Under the pieces are notes generated by a model. That model was not told the DNA's origin. It did not search any database and was given only the letters and a program-made list of their open reading frames with translations. Position numbers and translations under genes: made by a program. A DNA stretch of 62,509 bases, the filler included, from Chiloscyllium plagiosum (Eukaryota): assembly GCF_004010195.1 (NCBI RefSeq). It is 3 parts of one record of this genome, joined end to end, with 100 filler letters (N's around TTAATTAATTAA, not from the genome) between each part and the next. Parts side by side here need not be neighbours in the genome. Positions count along the whole stretch, not along the records: positions 1 to 24,472 come from NC_057717.1; 2 more parts are not named here. One strand, written 5' to 3'. Positions 1 through 11,829 of the stretch are shown in pieces (the stretch's first letter is position 1; every line of letters begins with the position of its first letter).

Positions 1-94
1 GTGTGGGTGTGAGCGTGATATGGTGGAGTGTGTGGGTGTGAGCGTGATAGTGGGGTTGGTGTGGGTGTGAGCGTGATAGTGGGGTTGGTGTGGG
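1..94. repeat. 29-bp tandem minisatellite (~3.2 copies, cut by window start)
   Basis: Unit GTGTGGGTGTGAGCGTGATAGTGGGGTTG at 1-29 (variant), 30-58 and 59-87, with a partial copy at 88-94. Confidence 0.9.
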
Positions 95-97
95 CTT

Positions 98-590
98 AAA
101 ATGTGTTGCTGGAAAAGCGCAGCAGGTCAGTCAGCATTAAAGGAACAGGAAAATCGATGTTTCGGGCATAAGCCCTTCTTCAGGAATGAGGAGGGTGTGC
201 CAAGCAGGCTAAGATATTAGGTAGCGAGGAGGGACTTTGGGGCGCGATGTTGGGAATACGATAGGTGGAAGGAAGTTAAGGTGAGGGTGATAGGCCGGAG
301 AGGGGTTGGTGGCTGAGAGGTCGGGAAGAAGATTGCAGGTCAAGAAGACGGTGCTGAGTCTGAGGGTTGGGACTGAGAAAAGATGGGGGGAGGGGAAATG
401 AGAAAGCTGCAGAAATCTGCATTCATCCCATGTGGTTGATTCCAAACCAAAGGAGTATGTGGCACAGTCCATCTTCCGCAGCTACACTGGCACCAACCCC
501 CACCTTTTCCTCCACTACATCGATGACTGTATCAGCGCTACCTCGTGCTCCCACGAAGAGGTTCAACAGTTCATCCACTTTACTAATTCT
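98..590 (-). mobile_element. Penelope-like element fragment (3' terminus with hammerhead motif, plus RT-derived piece)
   Basis: Shares terminal sequence with the GIY-YIG-encoding Penelope copies at 29.4-32.7 kb; the minus strand at 153-187 reads ATTC-CTGAAGA-A-GGGC-TTAT-GCCC-GAAACATCGA. Confidence 0.75.
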
Positions 591-769
591 CCCTCTCAAA
601 TTGCAGGGTAATTTCAATCATATTATCATCATCACCTCTTAAGGGTTCCTTCATCTTCAGCTCCCTTCTCACCTCTGCCTCATTGCACAACTCTAAATCC
701 AATATTGCCTGTTCCCTACTTGGCTCCGCCAGAAGCTGCTCCATAAATCCATCTCGTCGACATCCCACA

Positions 770-1050
770 AATGAATTGAATTGAATTTATTGTCACGTGT
801 ACTGAGGCACAGTGAGAAGCTTTGTCTTGCGATCAATACAAGCAGATCGCAGAATAACGTAGCATAGATGTATAAAGAATATGAAAACATATAATAGGTT
901 GCACTTTGTGTTTGTTCGGGCCAAGTTCACCACCCGTTGTAACCATATCCCATCTTGAATGGTACAGATGCCATACCAGGTAGTGATACATCCAGACAGA
1001 ATGCTCTCAATGGCGCACCTATAAAAGTTGACAAATATATTCGCAGTAGT
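770..1050 (-). mobile_element. Rex1/Babar-clade LINE 3' fragment
   Basis: The minus strand at ~957-1033 translates VNFYRCAIESILSGCITTWYGICTIQD, the Rex/Babar ORF2 C-terminal motif; 3' tail AATAAATTCAATTCAATTCA at ~770-790. Confidence 0.8.
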
Positions 1051-1160
1051 GCTTCAAGTGATCATCGATTTCTTTTTAAATTTCCACCACCGCTAGCGAG
1101 ATGCCATGATCAGACATATATCCCTCTCCCGTTCCTGTCCACCATCCACAGGGACCATTC

Positions 1161-1705
1161 ATACAGTCATAGAATCATAGAGATGTACAGCATGGAAACA
1201 GACCCTTCGGTCCAACCCGTCCAAGCTGACAAGGTATCCTAACGCAATCTAGGCCCATCTGCCAGCACCCGGCCTATATCCCTCCAAACTGTTCCTATTC
1301 AAATACCCATCCAAATGCCTCTTATATGTTGCAATTGTACCAGCCTCCACCACATCCTCTGGCAGTTTATCCCATACACGTACCACCATCTATGTGAAAA
1401 AGTTGTCCCTTAAGTCTCTTTGTATATTTCCCCTCTCACCCTAAACCTATGCTCTATAGTTCTGGACTCCCCGACCCCAGGGAAAAGACTTTGTCTATTT
1501 ATCCTATCCATGCCCCTCATAATTTTGTAAACCTTTATAAAGTCACCCCTCAGCCTGCGACGCTCCAGGGAAAACAGCCCCAGCCTGTTCAGCGTCTCCC
1601 TGTAGCTCAGAAACTCCAAACCTGGCAACATCCTTATAAATACTTTCTGAACCCTTTCAAGTTTCACAACACCTTTCCGATAAGGAGACCGGAATTGCAC
1701 TCAAC
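1161..1705 (-). mobile_element. CR1/HER1-type LINE 3' end
   Basis: ORF 1410-1700 contains LERVQK...RLGLFSLERRRLRGD; (CTATGATT)n-like tail at 1161-1182. Confidence 0.92.
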
Positions 1706-1799
1706 CATACAGGAAACCCTGTTGCACTCTGCTTTCATTCCCAACACCTCCCCCAACTCGCCCCCTGGAGTCTTGCCCCTTCATCGTAGATATTGTGAC

Positions 1800-2410
1800 A
1801 CATAAATGCATAGAACCTAAAAACCCGAGCAGGAGTAGGCAGTCCGGCTCTTCAAGCCTGCTCCGTCATTCAACGATATCATTGCTGATCTTTCTAAAGA
1901 CTCAAATCCGCTTCCTCGCCCTCTCCCTGTATCCCTTATTTCCTTTATTGTTCAAAAGAAGTGTCGCTCTGAGCTAGAAAAAATTTTATTGAACTACCAT
2001 CAGCTTCTTCGCTGGGCAAGGTATTCCAAATATTAACATCCGTCTGGGTGAAGAAGGTCCTTCTGAACTCAGTCCTAAATCTGCTCCCTCTAATGCCCTC
2101 TTGTCCGAGTTTCACCCGCAAGTGGAAGCATCCTTTCTAATTCTATCTAATCTATTCCGTTCTAAGTTTTATGTTTCAGTAAGATTCCCTCCTCATTCTT
2201 CTAAATTCTAAACAAAATAATCCTAATCTACGCAGTCTCTCTTCATAGGCCAAAGTCCTCACCTCCAGAATCAAACTAGTGAACCTCATCTGCAACCCCA
2301 CCCCCCGCCCAACCCTGCCCAGTGCCAGTACATTCATTCTCAAGTAAGGAGACCAAAAGTGCACACAATACACCAAGGATAGCTTCACCAGCACCTTGTA
2401 AAGCTGCAAC
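1800..2410 (-). mobile_element. CR1-type LINE 3' end (second subfamily)
   Basis: ORF 2176-2409 contains LYKVLVK...YCVHFWSPYL...YEERLRRLGLF. Confidence 0.85.
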
Positions 2411-2449
2411 TTAACATCTCTGCTTGAACCTTCATAAACTTACGTTGCA

Positions 2450-4000
2450 TTTGTTCAATTTCTATCGAGATCCCCTGCTATTTCTTCCTTGATATAGATT
2501 GAACCACCTTCCCCGCTGCAGAATTTAAGCTAACTGATCAATAATTCCTAATCTTTTATCGACCTCCCTTTTTAAACAGTGGTGTCACACCAGCTGTTTT
2601 CCAATCTGCTGGGACTGCCAGGTAGTCTAGTCAATTTCAAAGTTGCCACTTGTGCACTTGCTTATTCTCCCGCCATCTCCTTTAATACCCTGAGATGCAT
2701 TCCCTCACGGCCAGGAGACATGTCCATTCTCAGCTCCATTAGCATGCCTGACACTACCTCTTCCGTAATAATGTTTGTTTCCAGATCCTCATCTACATTT
2801 GTCTCTTTGTCACTTACTGGCATGTTATTAGTATCCTCCACTGTGAAGACTGACACAAAATACCTGTTCAATGCCTTGGCCATTTCAGTACATCACATAA
2901 CTAAATGTCCTTTCTCATCCTCGAAATGACCAATCTTTACTTTACCACTGTTTTTTCGTTTTATATTTTTATAGAAACTTTTGCTATCCGTCTTTGCATT
3001 CTGTACTATTTTTTCCCTCATGTTTATCTTTGAAGTTTTCCCAATCTTCCAGTTTCATGCTGGTCTTGGCCATTTGGTATGCCTTCTCTTTCACTTTGAT
3101 AGCCTCCTTTATTTCCTAAGACGCGCAGGGCAGATTGCCTCTTTTCCTACAGACCTTCCTTTTCACTGGAATATACTTTTGCTGAGCACTTCTACAAAAA
3201 TCATCTTTTTTGGAAGTCCTCCACTGCTCGATATCTGACCCACCATATAACCTTTGTTTACAGTCTACTTTAGTTAGGTGCTCTCTCGTTCTATTGTTGT
3301 ACCCCCTGTACATGCAGAGAACCCTGGTATTGGATTTTCTCTTCACACTGCCCATCTGAATTCTAAGTTCTGCCATACTGTGATCACTAGTTTCAAGAGG
3401 TTCCCTAATTATGAGATCATTAATTATTCTTGTTCCATGACACATGACCAGATCGAGGATTGCTTTCTCCTTCGTCGGTTCCATTGAATACTGTTCAAGA
3501 AAACTATCACGGGTATACTCAACGAACTCCTCCTCAAAGGTACTGTGACTGAGCTGGTTCGACCAGGCTCCATGTAGATTAAAATCCCTAATGATAATAG
3601 CCGATCCATTTTTACAGGTATTGCTTATTTCTTTGTTTATTGCCTTCACCAATGAGATACTATTATTTGCTGGCCAATAGTCTGCACCTATCAGTGACAT
3701 TTTCTTCTTAGAATTTATATTCCACGCAAATTAATTCAAACTTATTCTCCATAGAACATATGTTGTCTCTCGACACTGCCCTGATGTCTGCCTTGAATAA
3801 CGGAGAGACACCGCCTTCTTTACTCAGTTTTCTGATCTTCCAAATAGTCTCGTACTCCACGATATTTAACTCACAGTCATGGCCATCCTTCAACCGTGAC
3901 TCTCTAATGGCTATTAAATCATTTTCATTCGTGTTGATTTGTACCATAAGCTCTTCAACCATGTTACAAATGCGACGAGCATTCAGGTGAAGTGCCTTTT
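2450..4000 (-). mobile_element. CR1-type LINE ORF2 fragment (AP endonuclease and linker), degenerate
   Basis: LIAIRESRL (xExWL motif), IIRDFN (GDFN), ILDLVM, SDHSM and ALNRYFVSVFTVED in ORFs 3708-3962, 3116-3700 and 2662-2883. Confidence 0.88.
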
Positions 4001-4429
4001 TGTCAGGTTTCTTTTCCTCATGATTTCTCTAATAACATCTCCTGTTGCTTCTTGTCACTCCTCACCTGTTCATTGACGTCTTCTCTCCTCTGTTTCCAAT
4101 GGCCCAAACACATCTTCCAGTTGAAGCAACACATGAACTGCACTTCACGCAATCTACTCTACTAGATTCACTGCTCGCAATGTGGCTTCCCCTATCGTGG
4201 GAAACGAAGTTTGGACTGAGTGACCACACTGCAGAACATCCAAGTTCTATCTTCAAGAAGAGTTCCAGCGAACCTCAGTGCGTGCTGGAAGCACACCACC
4301 ACAGTTTCTATTTGGGGAGTCTGCAGCCCTGCAGACCCCATATCAATTTCATTTTTTTTAGGGACTGAACTCTCTTATGTCCTATCCCCCTATCCCACAC
4401 GCCAGGCCTTGTTGTTACATACTGAGCTT

Positions 4430-4503
4430 AAAACTGTGTTGCTGGAAAAGCGCAGCAGGTCAGGCAGCATCAAAGGAACAGGAGAATCGACATTTCGGGC
4501 ATA
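4430..4503 (-). mobile_element. Penelope-type terminus fragment, 5'-truncated within hammerhead stem II
   Basis: Near-identical to 100-170; ends at ...TTTCGGGCAT. Confidence 0.75.
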
Positions 4504-4519
4504 TTAATAGCTATTCACC

Positions 4520-4765
4520 CTGACAGCTAGATCATCATCCACTGCTTTGTCCAACTGTTCTTTTCTCTATTTGAACTCTATCCCTACCTATCGGTTACTC
4601 CTTACCCTCCCCCAACACCCACTATATTTTCAGCAGCTAAACCAACATTTTCCAAGCTATCGTCAGTTCTGAGGAATGGTCACTGGACTCGAAATGTTAA
4701 CTCTGATTTCCTTTTTCAAATGCTACTAGACCTGCTGATTTTTTCAGCACCATCTGGTTTTGCTC
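4520..4765 (+). mobile_element. Penelope-type 3' terminus of another family with degenerate hammerhead
   Basis: 4669-4700 reads CTGAGGA-A-TGGTC-ACTG-GACTC-GAAATGTTAAC, followed by a TGCT..GACCTGCTGA..CAGCA tail like the other termini. Confidence 0.55.
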
Positions 4766-5479
4766 AGGTTACAGTCGGATACTGTGAATGTTCGAAGAAG
4801 AATGACTGCGCATGGCCTTTTAGAAGCCTGATGCTGGGCTTGTGCAATGATCTCCTGCACAGAAGACAGAACTGTGTTCCTGTTGAAAAGTTCTCTTGTG
4901 GATAGTTCCCATTAAAGCTGAGCCATCGGCATCAACTACTCAGATCAATGAAGACAGCAATCATTTCTGCCGCAGTTCTATCCTGGATGTGATCAAAAGC
5001 GGAGGGAAAAACATTCCTCATGTCATATGTGAACGGATTGGAGTCCACGCAGAAGGTGTCATCATGTGACAGGTTTTTTTTCAGATAGAGAGCACTCCAA
5101 CGCTTTCTCACTCTAACAATGTGCCATTGGGCATCAAAGTTAAAGGGTTTATGGGCCCAAAGGCTGAAAACATTGTTTTCCAGTTAAATAAGTGAATGTG
5201 TTCTCTCCAGTGTGACAGTACTGTTGTATCGAGTTGTAACTAGGATAACAGGATGAAACATTTTACACATACAGCTGGCGAACAGTCCTTTTGTGGGAAG
5301 GCATCTGTATAGAATGCAGGAAGATGCGCTGAGAGGTTCTTGAGCAGTTTCATATAGGCACTGAGACAGTACTGAATGTTTTGAGAGTCTTAAACGTGGA
5401 CAAATACCCAGCTCAGAGTGAAGTTGTTTAAGGAGCAATTTAAGGGATTCTGACCAATGTTTCACATTCCTATTTGGCC

Positions 5480-5545
5480 ACAGGGGAGTTCCTCGAGGAC
5501 TGCAGGACTACTAATGGGGTTCCACTTTTTAACAAGGCAGATAGA
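5480..5545 (+). mobile_element. Small CR1 ORF2 fragment truncating the ERV env
   Basis: Translates approximately GEFLEDCRTTNGVPLFNKADRNKPG, like the CR1 motif VPEDWRxANVxPLFKKG. Confidence 0.6.
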
Positions 5546-6270
5546 AACAAACCAGGTGCCAAATAGGTGCCATTGCATGATCTTATGTGGTGTGTTTGGG
5601 ATCCTGTCCAAATATTATTGAAAAGGGAATTGTGTGCACAAATGTTGTAGCCAAGTAAACCTAGGATGCTGCACTCTGCTACAGACCAGAGTGCCGCAGG
5701 GGTTAAGAGCAGTGAGTTAGTGCGCCAGCTCCACCCAGCGATCATGCGGATGGCTGGCTTCTCATTAGGCAGATGGTTCCTCTGCGTGACCCCCGTGCGG
5801 TGGTGTCAGTGATAGTCAACTTTGGGTGTTCAATTGAGAGGTTCTGGGTTGCGGAGAACCATCCTGTGAATTTGTCGAGGTGGTATCCTGTGGATTTCCA
5901 GTAGTCTGAGTAATTAGCCACATGAATGGCCGGTCTGGTGAGCAGACTGAGCGTTGTTACCCGGGGGACCTGTCGCGTTTCAGCCACAATTCTGACCTCT
6001 CTATGTTGTTAAAAGCGACTTTGCTGTGTGGAATGCCCCGGTGGGAATGTTCAGGCAAACGGGCACAAACCCAAAAGTTGGTCTGGCTTATCCTCTGGGC
6101 ATACATGTGGGTCATGTAAACGAAAATGTTCACCCACGGCTCACAGTGGATTAAGTGCCCTGTTCTGTGTGTCTTGTTACCGATCAGTGGTGATGTGCAG
6201 GTCAGACCAAGAGTGATGATCGCGATGGCTGCAGCAAGCAGCTGGATCCCTCTGTGGTGTCTGGAGCTGA
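5545..6270 (-). pseudogene. env: Retroviral env, signal peptide and SU N-terminal part
   Basis: Hydrophobic IQLLAAAIAIITLGLTC, then NIFVYMTHMYAQRISQTNFWVCARLPEHSHRGIP (decayed CWVC/CxxC region of gamma-type SU), directly after the IN C-terminus; TM absent. Confidence 0.72.
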
Positions 6271-6299
6271 ATCCTGTTCTGCTTGGTTGTCCTTCTGTG

Positions 6300-7330
6300 G
6301 AGGCGGACCCTCTTTCACCGGGTCGCATTCTGGTCTCCCTTAGAGCGTGACAGCTGTTGTGGTCGTGAGACAGACAAAGAGTGGTCCTTTCCATCGAGGG
6401 GAGAGAGAATCTTTCGGCAGGAACTGTCTCATTACATAGCGCCCAGTTTAAACGGGTGACGTGGTTCCTGCCGTGGTGTGGACACCGCAACTTTTTTCTT
6501 GTTTTTGTTTTGTTTTATCCCCACACTATCGCGGAACTGCAGTAGTGCTTATTTTTTCCCCAGCACCCATGTTGTGTGCGTGCAGGTCTGAGACACAGTG
6601 AAAGACACAAGGTGCACAAATATATATTCAGTTTCCACCAGCAGGAAGAAAAGAAACACCCAAGTGGCCAGTACACCGCAGCATTTAACAAATCATGGTT
6701 TAAAGTGATCCTTCTACTAAGGGCCTGACCGTAATCCAAGAGAGTTTCCTGTGTTAAGAGCAGCGCTGTGTCATTGGCTAGTTTTGGGGGTCTGGTGGCT
6801 GTTGGCATGGATCGTTCCATTAGCACTTCAAAGGGTGTAAATTCCGTGTAATTTACTGTCTGGCCAAGCGAGTCCTGTGTCCTGAGTGATTTTGGGGAGG
6901 GTGTTTTGAGGGTGTTGTTCATTCTCTCCACCATTCCTGGTGATTGGGGGTTGGTACATAATGTGGTATCTCCAGGGTATCCCGAGAGCATCACAGTCAG
7001 CAGTAATGAGCTTCGTGGTGAAATGGGCCCCATTCCCCGTATGTTTCTATGCGCTCTGGGATATAAAACACTTGTAATAACGTTCCTGTAATAACGTTCC
7101 ACTTGTAATAACGTACCACTGTTCTTGTGCCTTTTTTTTGATGGGTAATGACTCTATCCATTATGAAAACATGTCGACAATAACTAGGACATGTGTGTTT
7201 TCCTCTTTCTGAGGCATGTGGGCAAGGTCAATTAGAAGGTGGGTGAATGGACCCTCAGGAATTGTATGTAGTCGTGTTTGGTCATCAGCTTCCCTGCATT
7301 TTTCGGTTGACAGATGTGGCACTGTGACAG
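6300..7330 (-). pseudogene. pol: Retroviral integrase (interrupted by an insertion at 6492-6672)
   Basis: PEGPFTHLLID...VLVIVDMFS*WIE (~7140-7260), PQSPGMVERMNNTLK, FTPFEVLM, HPFKLG and LSPRWKGPLFVCLTTTTAV (~6350-6415). Confidence 0.9.
6492..6672 (-). mobile_element. Short A-tailed non-LTR retroelement 3' fragment inserted in the ERV integrase
   Basis: T-rich tail at 6492-6516; direct repeat ACACCGCA at 6482-6489 and 6673-6680; removing the insert restores the IN reading ...LLNAAVSTPRQEPRHPF. Confidence 0.8.
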
Positions 7331-7599
7331 CAGGACTTGGGCAGCTGCAGCGAATGCTGCTGCATATCAGGAATGGCTGACAACATCTTGCCTGTATGTC
7401 CGATTCCGTGTGCTGCCAGGGCCAGTAAGTGCGGGTGTGCTTTCAGGTAGATGATGCAGCCATCGGGGTGGGTAAGTATCTGTTCGGGCGGTGATTGTAC
7501 AGCACCAATGCGGGCCCATGCGGCCCTCTCTTCTGGTGTGATGGCTTGCTGAAATGCTTGGACTGCATCGAGAGGGTCAGCGGACTCAGGAGGTTTCCC

Positions 7600-8070
7600 C
7601 ACCCTGGGGTTCTGCAGGGCATAAGTGACCAGAGGTAGTGCAGATTCCCGGGTGGTTGCATCAGCTGAGACATTTGCTTGGGTGATGAGATCGGTGACAG
7701 AGTTGTGGGCGTTACATTTTATAATTGCGACAGCAGCCGGTAGCAGGACTGCTTCTAGGATGTTGGCAATGTTTGCAGCACGTTGGAGTGGTCTCCCTGC
7801 TGAGCTGATGAACTCCCTCTGTTTCAATATTGTGCCAAAGCCCTGAACGACTCCAAAGGATGATCTGCAGTCTGTGTAGATATTGGCTGTGCAATCCTGT
7901 GCCAGGAGGCCGGCTCTGGTGAGAGCCAAGAGCTCTGCTGCCTGTGTGGACACACCGTCTGGTAATGCAGCAGATTCGAGAGTGGTGAAGGGCGTACAGA
8001 TGGCATGTCCTGCTAATGTGTATTGGTCTGATGGCCGGAAGGAAGAGCCGCTGGTGAAAAGAATGTGGTC
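7600..8070 (-). pseudogene. pol: Retroviral RNase H
   Basis: LFTSGSS (decayed xFxDGSS), STQAAELLALTRA, ANIYTDCRSSFGVV, ILEAVLLPAAVAIIKCNAH. Confidence 0.92.
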
Positions 8071-8109
8071 AGGGATTTCTCAGACCGGTCAGGACACCTG
8101 CTGAACCAG

Positions 8110-8238
8110 GCGAAAATGAGGACTGCAGATGCTGGAGATTAGAGTCAAGATGAGAATGGTGCTGTAAAGCACAGCAGGTAAGACAGGATCCAAGAAGCAG
8201 GAAAATCAATGTTTCTGGCAGGAGCCGTTTGTCAGGAA
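8110..8238 (-). mobile_element. 129-bp Penelope-terminus/hammerhead mini-insertion in ERV pol
   Basis: Flanked by TGCTGAACCAG (8099-8109) and TGTTGAACCAG (8239-8249); degenerate core CTGACAAACGGCTCCTGCCAGAAACATTG. Confidence 0.8.
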
Positions 8239-8249
8239 TGTTGAACCAG

Positions 8250-9450
8250 CTCCAAGCAGTTGTGGTTGTCTGCAAAATTATGTTAGGTGAGCGGAATTAG
8301 GGAGGCAGGGTTCAAAGCTGGGGCGCAGTGTAGGGAAAGATTTGCCAAGATCACAAAGCGACCTCATGACCAGTCCTCAGAGTTGCAGTAAAATGTTGGA
8401 TTGCTGCTGAATGAAGCAGCAGGGAGAGCGACAGTGGGACCAAAACAGTACATGGGTGATCTAGCACAATGGGGTGGCCTTATCCACTTGTGCAACCGCG
8501 CACAAACATGCCGGCATCCCGCTCATAACAGGTGGTAACTAAACATTATAAAACACAACAGGGCGACCGAGATCCCCATGAAGTTGTGTGAAAATGTCAG
8601 ACGCGAACCCTTCTGACTTGGTTACATAAAGACTTCAGTTCAGTGAATGCCCGTTGCATTTCGGTTGTCCACTTCACTCTAGCTGGCTGTTTAGGAGAAG
8701 CTGCCTCTCACAGAATTGCAGCAATAGCACAATGGACAGGAATCCAGTGCCTGCAGTTGCTTACCAGCCCCAGAATTATTTGCAGCTGTCTGTTTGTGAC
8801 AGTTAGTGGAAGCTGGGTGATGACAGCCAATTGCTCCGTGGACATTGCCCTGAGACATTAGGAAAGTTCGCACCCCAGATATTAGACATTTTGCTGACAG
8901 AGCAGCATTTTCTTGATAGAAGCATTATATTTATCCTGTGCCAGACTTCAGAGCCAGGCCACCGTAAACTGACTGCATGCAGTAGCGGAGGTGGAAGCCA
9001 ATAGCAGGCCATCCGCATACTGGAGGAAGGTGCTGTGGCATGGTAGGTGAAGGGTGGACAAGGTGAGGTGTACTGCAGCAGATTAAAATGTGGGGCTCTC
9101 CGAATACCCTTAGGGAAAGCCGGTCCATGTATTTTGGCAGTCGCCATATGTAAAAACATCAAGTTTCAGGGGCCAAGTTAAAGGGGAATGTGGCTGAGCA
9201 AAGGTCTATTGCAAATATATATGGTGGGAGAGGCGGAGATACTGGTCAGGATAGCATTTGTGTCCGGGACCACTGGGAAGCAGGGAACAACAATGACATT
9301 GACACCCCTAACATCTTGCACATTGCTCTATTTTCATGGCCTTGTAAGCTTCGTTATAGGAAAGAAGGGAGTGTTGCATGGGCTGATTGTGGGCACGAGG
9401 ATTCCCTGTTGCAGAGGTGATTCAATAACTGGTTTGATTCCCAATACTGC
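8250..9450 (-). pseudogene. pol: Retroviral reverse transcriptase and tether
   Basis: GIKPVIESPLQQGILVPTISPCNTPFFPITK, TWTGFP*GYSESPTF and FLQYADGLLLAS (decayed YxDD, ~9000-9032). Confidence 0.9.
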
Positions 9451-10544
9451 TGCGGTTGATGCGAGTATTGTCTTGATGGCAGGATTGCTCCCTGTCTGAG
9501 TGCAACTGTATGTGGTTGGGCGGACAATAGCTGGTCTGCATGGGTCTGTTGCTGTGCCCAACGTGATTATGGCAGATCAGCTAATAAGAATGGGCTGTCG
9601 TAGGAGCACGTAGCGCCTGGGCCCTGTTTTGTAAAAGTAGATATAGTAATGCGGGAGCACAGCGCACACAAAACTCGCCCTGTCCAATCAGTGCAAGCTC
9701 CACTAAGAGGTCTGTGTCTTGTCCAAAAGGTGTGAAATGTTTTGTTGTTTGTGCGACACGCCCTATCATGGTTGTGAGATCTTTGGGGAGCCACGTGTTC
9801 TTAATTATAAAGGAATTGTGCGGGACTGCAATTGAGTCTTTGCAGGCCAGTGCAACCTGCTCTGTGCTGAGTTGCATGTCTGCTGCAACACCTTGTGGTC
9901 TGGCAAAGTATCTGCCAGTGATGGTTAGTGGGGAGGTGGGCTCTAGATGTGAGTCCATGAGTGGAGCATATGTTGATGCTGGTTCCCGGGGGGTGGAAGC
10001 TGGACAGTGAAATTGCCAGACAAAACGGCCTGTCAACAGCACCAACCAGAGAATGAGTGGAGGATGAAGGGGTAGTTGATATCCGGGAGCGGAGAGAGTC
10101 AGGAAGGGCGAGGGTAGGATCTGGCGTGCATAACCAGGCGTATGAGTTATATATGAATCTCACAACTAACAGGAGGGCAATTCCAAACTACTCTTTCAAA
10201 CATCCTGGAGGCTTAGTGCACCGCTACTTCCCAGAAAGTGCTGAAAAGAGAGAAAGAAAGAACACAATAAGAATGGGCCATAAAAAGTGAATTTCACCAA
10301 TCACATTCTCGATTAGATTTCCTTTCCCGTCCGCCGTGTCCAGGACAGAAGTGACTGAAATGGGAGAAATTTAAGAACATCTGACATCGCAATGCATTGG
10401 AATTATTTTCCCATTAGCTACAACACCAAATAACGACAAGTGGAGTCAACGTAGGACTTTGTTTCACAACAGCGATGAAATAACAGTCTCTCTTCGGTTC
10501 CAGTGGAAACTTAACTTGCGTGGAACAAAGCAGCAGCAGTGGAG

Positions 10545-10603
10545 CTGCTTGGTCCCGCGATTTTCCGTGTGGGACGCGAACACGACCATGACAGCACAGA
10601 CAT
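10545..10603 (-). pseudogene. Possible highly decayed tRNA-Val remnant
   Basis: CCGCGATTTTCCGTGTGGGACGCGAACACGA loosely matches the reverse complement of the vertebrate tRNA-Val anticodon/D region. Confidence 0.3.
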
Positions 10604-10737
10604 TGACCCTTTTGAGAGAGTCTGCACTCTCCCACACTTTAGTTAATTCTCGAAGAAGCAAACCCACCAGTTCTGCTCTTTTTTGGTTTGAACACGGCAC
10701 TTAATCACACGGCAGTTTTGCTGTCGTCCCGTGGAAA

Positions 10738-10823
10738 TGGCAGTGGTGGGATTGGATGCGACGACTCCTTAGAGACTGGAACCTGAATCCAGCGCCTTAG
10801 ACCACGGTAACGGCCACGGTAAC
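10738..10823 (-). pseudogene. tRNA-Leu pseudogene (AAG/TAG-type body, anticodon now CAG)
   Basis: The minus strand reads GTTACCGTGGCCGTTACCGTGGTCTAAGGCGCTGGATT-CAG-GTTCCAGTCTCTAAGGAGTCGTCGCATCCAATCCCACCACTGCCA; B box degenerate; internal GTTACCGTGG duplication. Confidence 0.85.
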
Positions 10824-11519
10824 ACCCGCGCGCGCGTGCGTTTTATTTTCATACATGGTCAATTGTGCTTCTGCAAAACAACAGAAGGAAAATCACAGGG
10901 AAAGCATTCTGCGATCCCTGTCCTGCTCGCATAGCAGCTGGGATATGCCCGATGACAATATCAATTTCGCAGCAGATAATGTTAGCCCATCAATCCACAC
11001 AAAAATCAATGGAAAGCTGAATCTATCTTCTGAGACTCTTTTCAACTACAAATGTATATGCGAGTGTGAGAATGCATGTTCCGTCATGATTTGAAAAAGT
11101 AGCCAGGAGCTGCATGACATTACTGGAATTTCGATGCTTGCTTTGGTAAATGAATTCGACCATCACTCGAAACAGAACAACTTTCACGTTTACACGGGAC
11201 ACGAAACACACCGGACTACAGGGAAAATGCACAAAGCTGAGCAGGCCGTTTTCCACATCGTACCATGCAGCATAGTTTCAGCCAATGGGACTGATTTGCA
11301 GAATAACCGTCCCAAGGAATGTTCCCCACCTGAAAAGCGGAGGTAGCAGTACAAACCGAAAAGGACAGATCACATTGTGAGGATGCTCAAACCGGGTGCC
11401 AGTATGCGTTGGCACTTTCCTTGTCTTTTACCTTAACCGTGCAACTTGCTGCAGAAATGTCCCCATCTGGACTTGAGCGACATGGCTTCCAGCTGAGGTG
11501 GGAATCGATGAGAGGCAAA

Positions 11520-11822
11520 TCAAATGCTGGCATTTATTACAAAGGGAATGGCGTCTAAAAATAGGGAGATATAGAGTAAGGTACAATCAGACCACACCTG
11601 GAATATTATGAGCAGTATGAGTGCCCGAAGGAACGACATTTTCACATTGGAGGCAGGGCAGAGAAGAGTCACTCGGCTGATCCTGCGAATGGAGGGATTT
11701 TCTAATGGGAAGAAGTGGAGTAGACGGAGGTTGAACCCATTGACGTTCAGAAAACATGAGAGAGAAATTGAATGAAACATTCAAGATTCTGGGGGCTTTT
11801 GACAGGTTAGATGTTGGGAAGT
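11520..11822 (+). mobile_element. CR1-type LINE fragment
   Basis: AGACCACACCTGGAATATT (RPHLEY) and following CR1 ORF2 C-terminal similarity. Confidence 0.65.
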
Positions 11823-11829
11823 TAGAAAA

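Larger units (their letters stand above)
5545..10100 (-). mobile_element. Decayed class I (gamma/epsilon-like) endogenous retrovirus: pol plus env SU, no LTRs seen
   Basis: Domain order RT-RNaseH-IN-env on the minus strand, with many stops and frameshifts (see sub-features). Confidence 0.9.

Noticed and set aside
9500..10330. Expected ERV protease, gag, PBS and LTR upstream of RT
   Set aside because: No convincing DTGA/DSGA, CCHC, PBS or TG...CA repeat could be read, so they are not annotated
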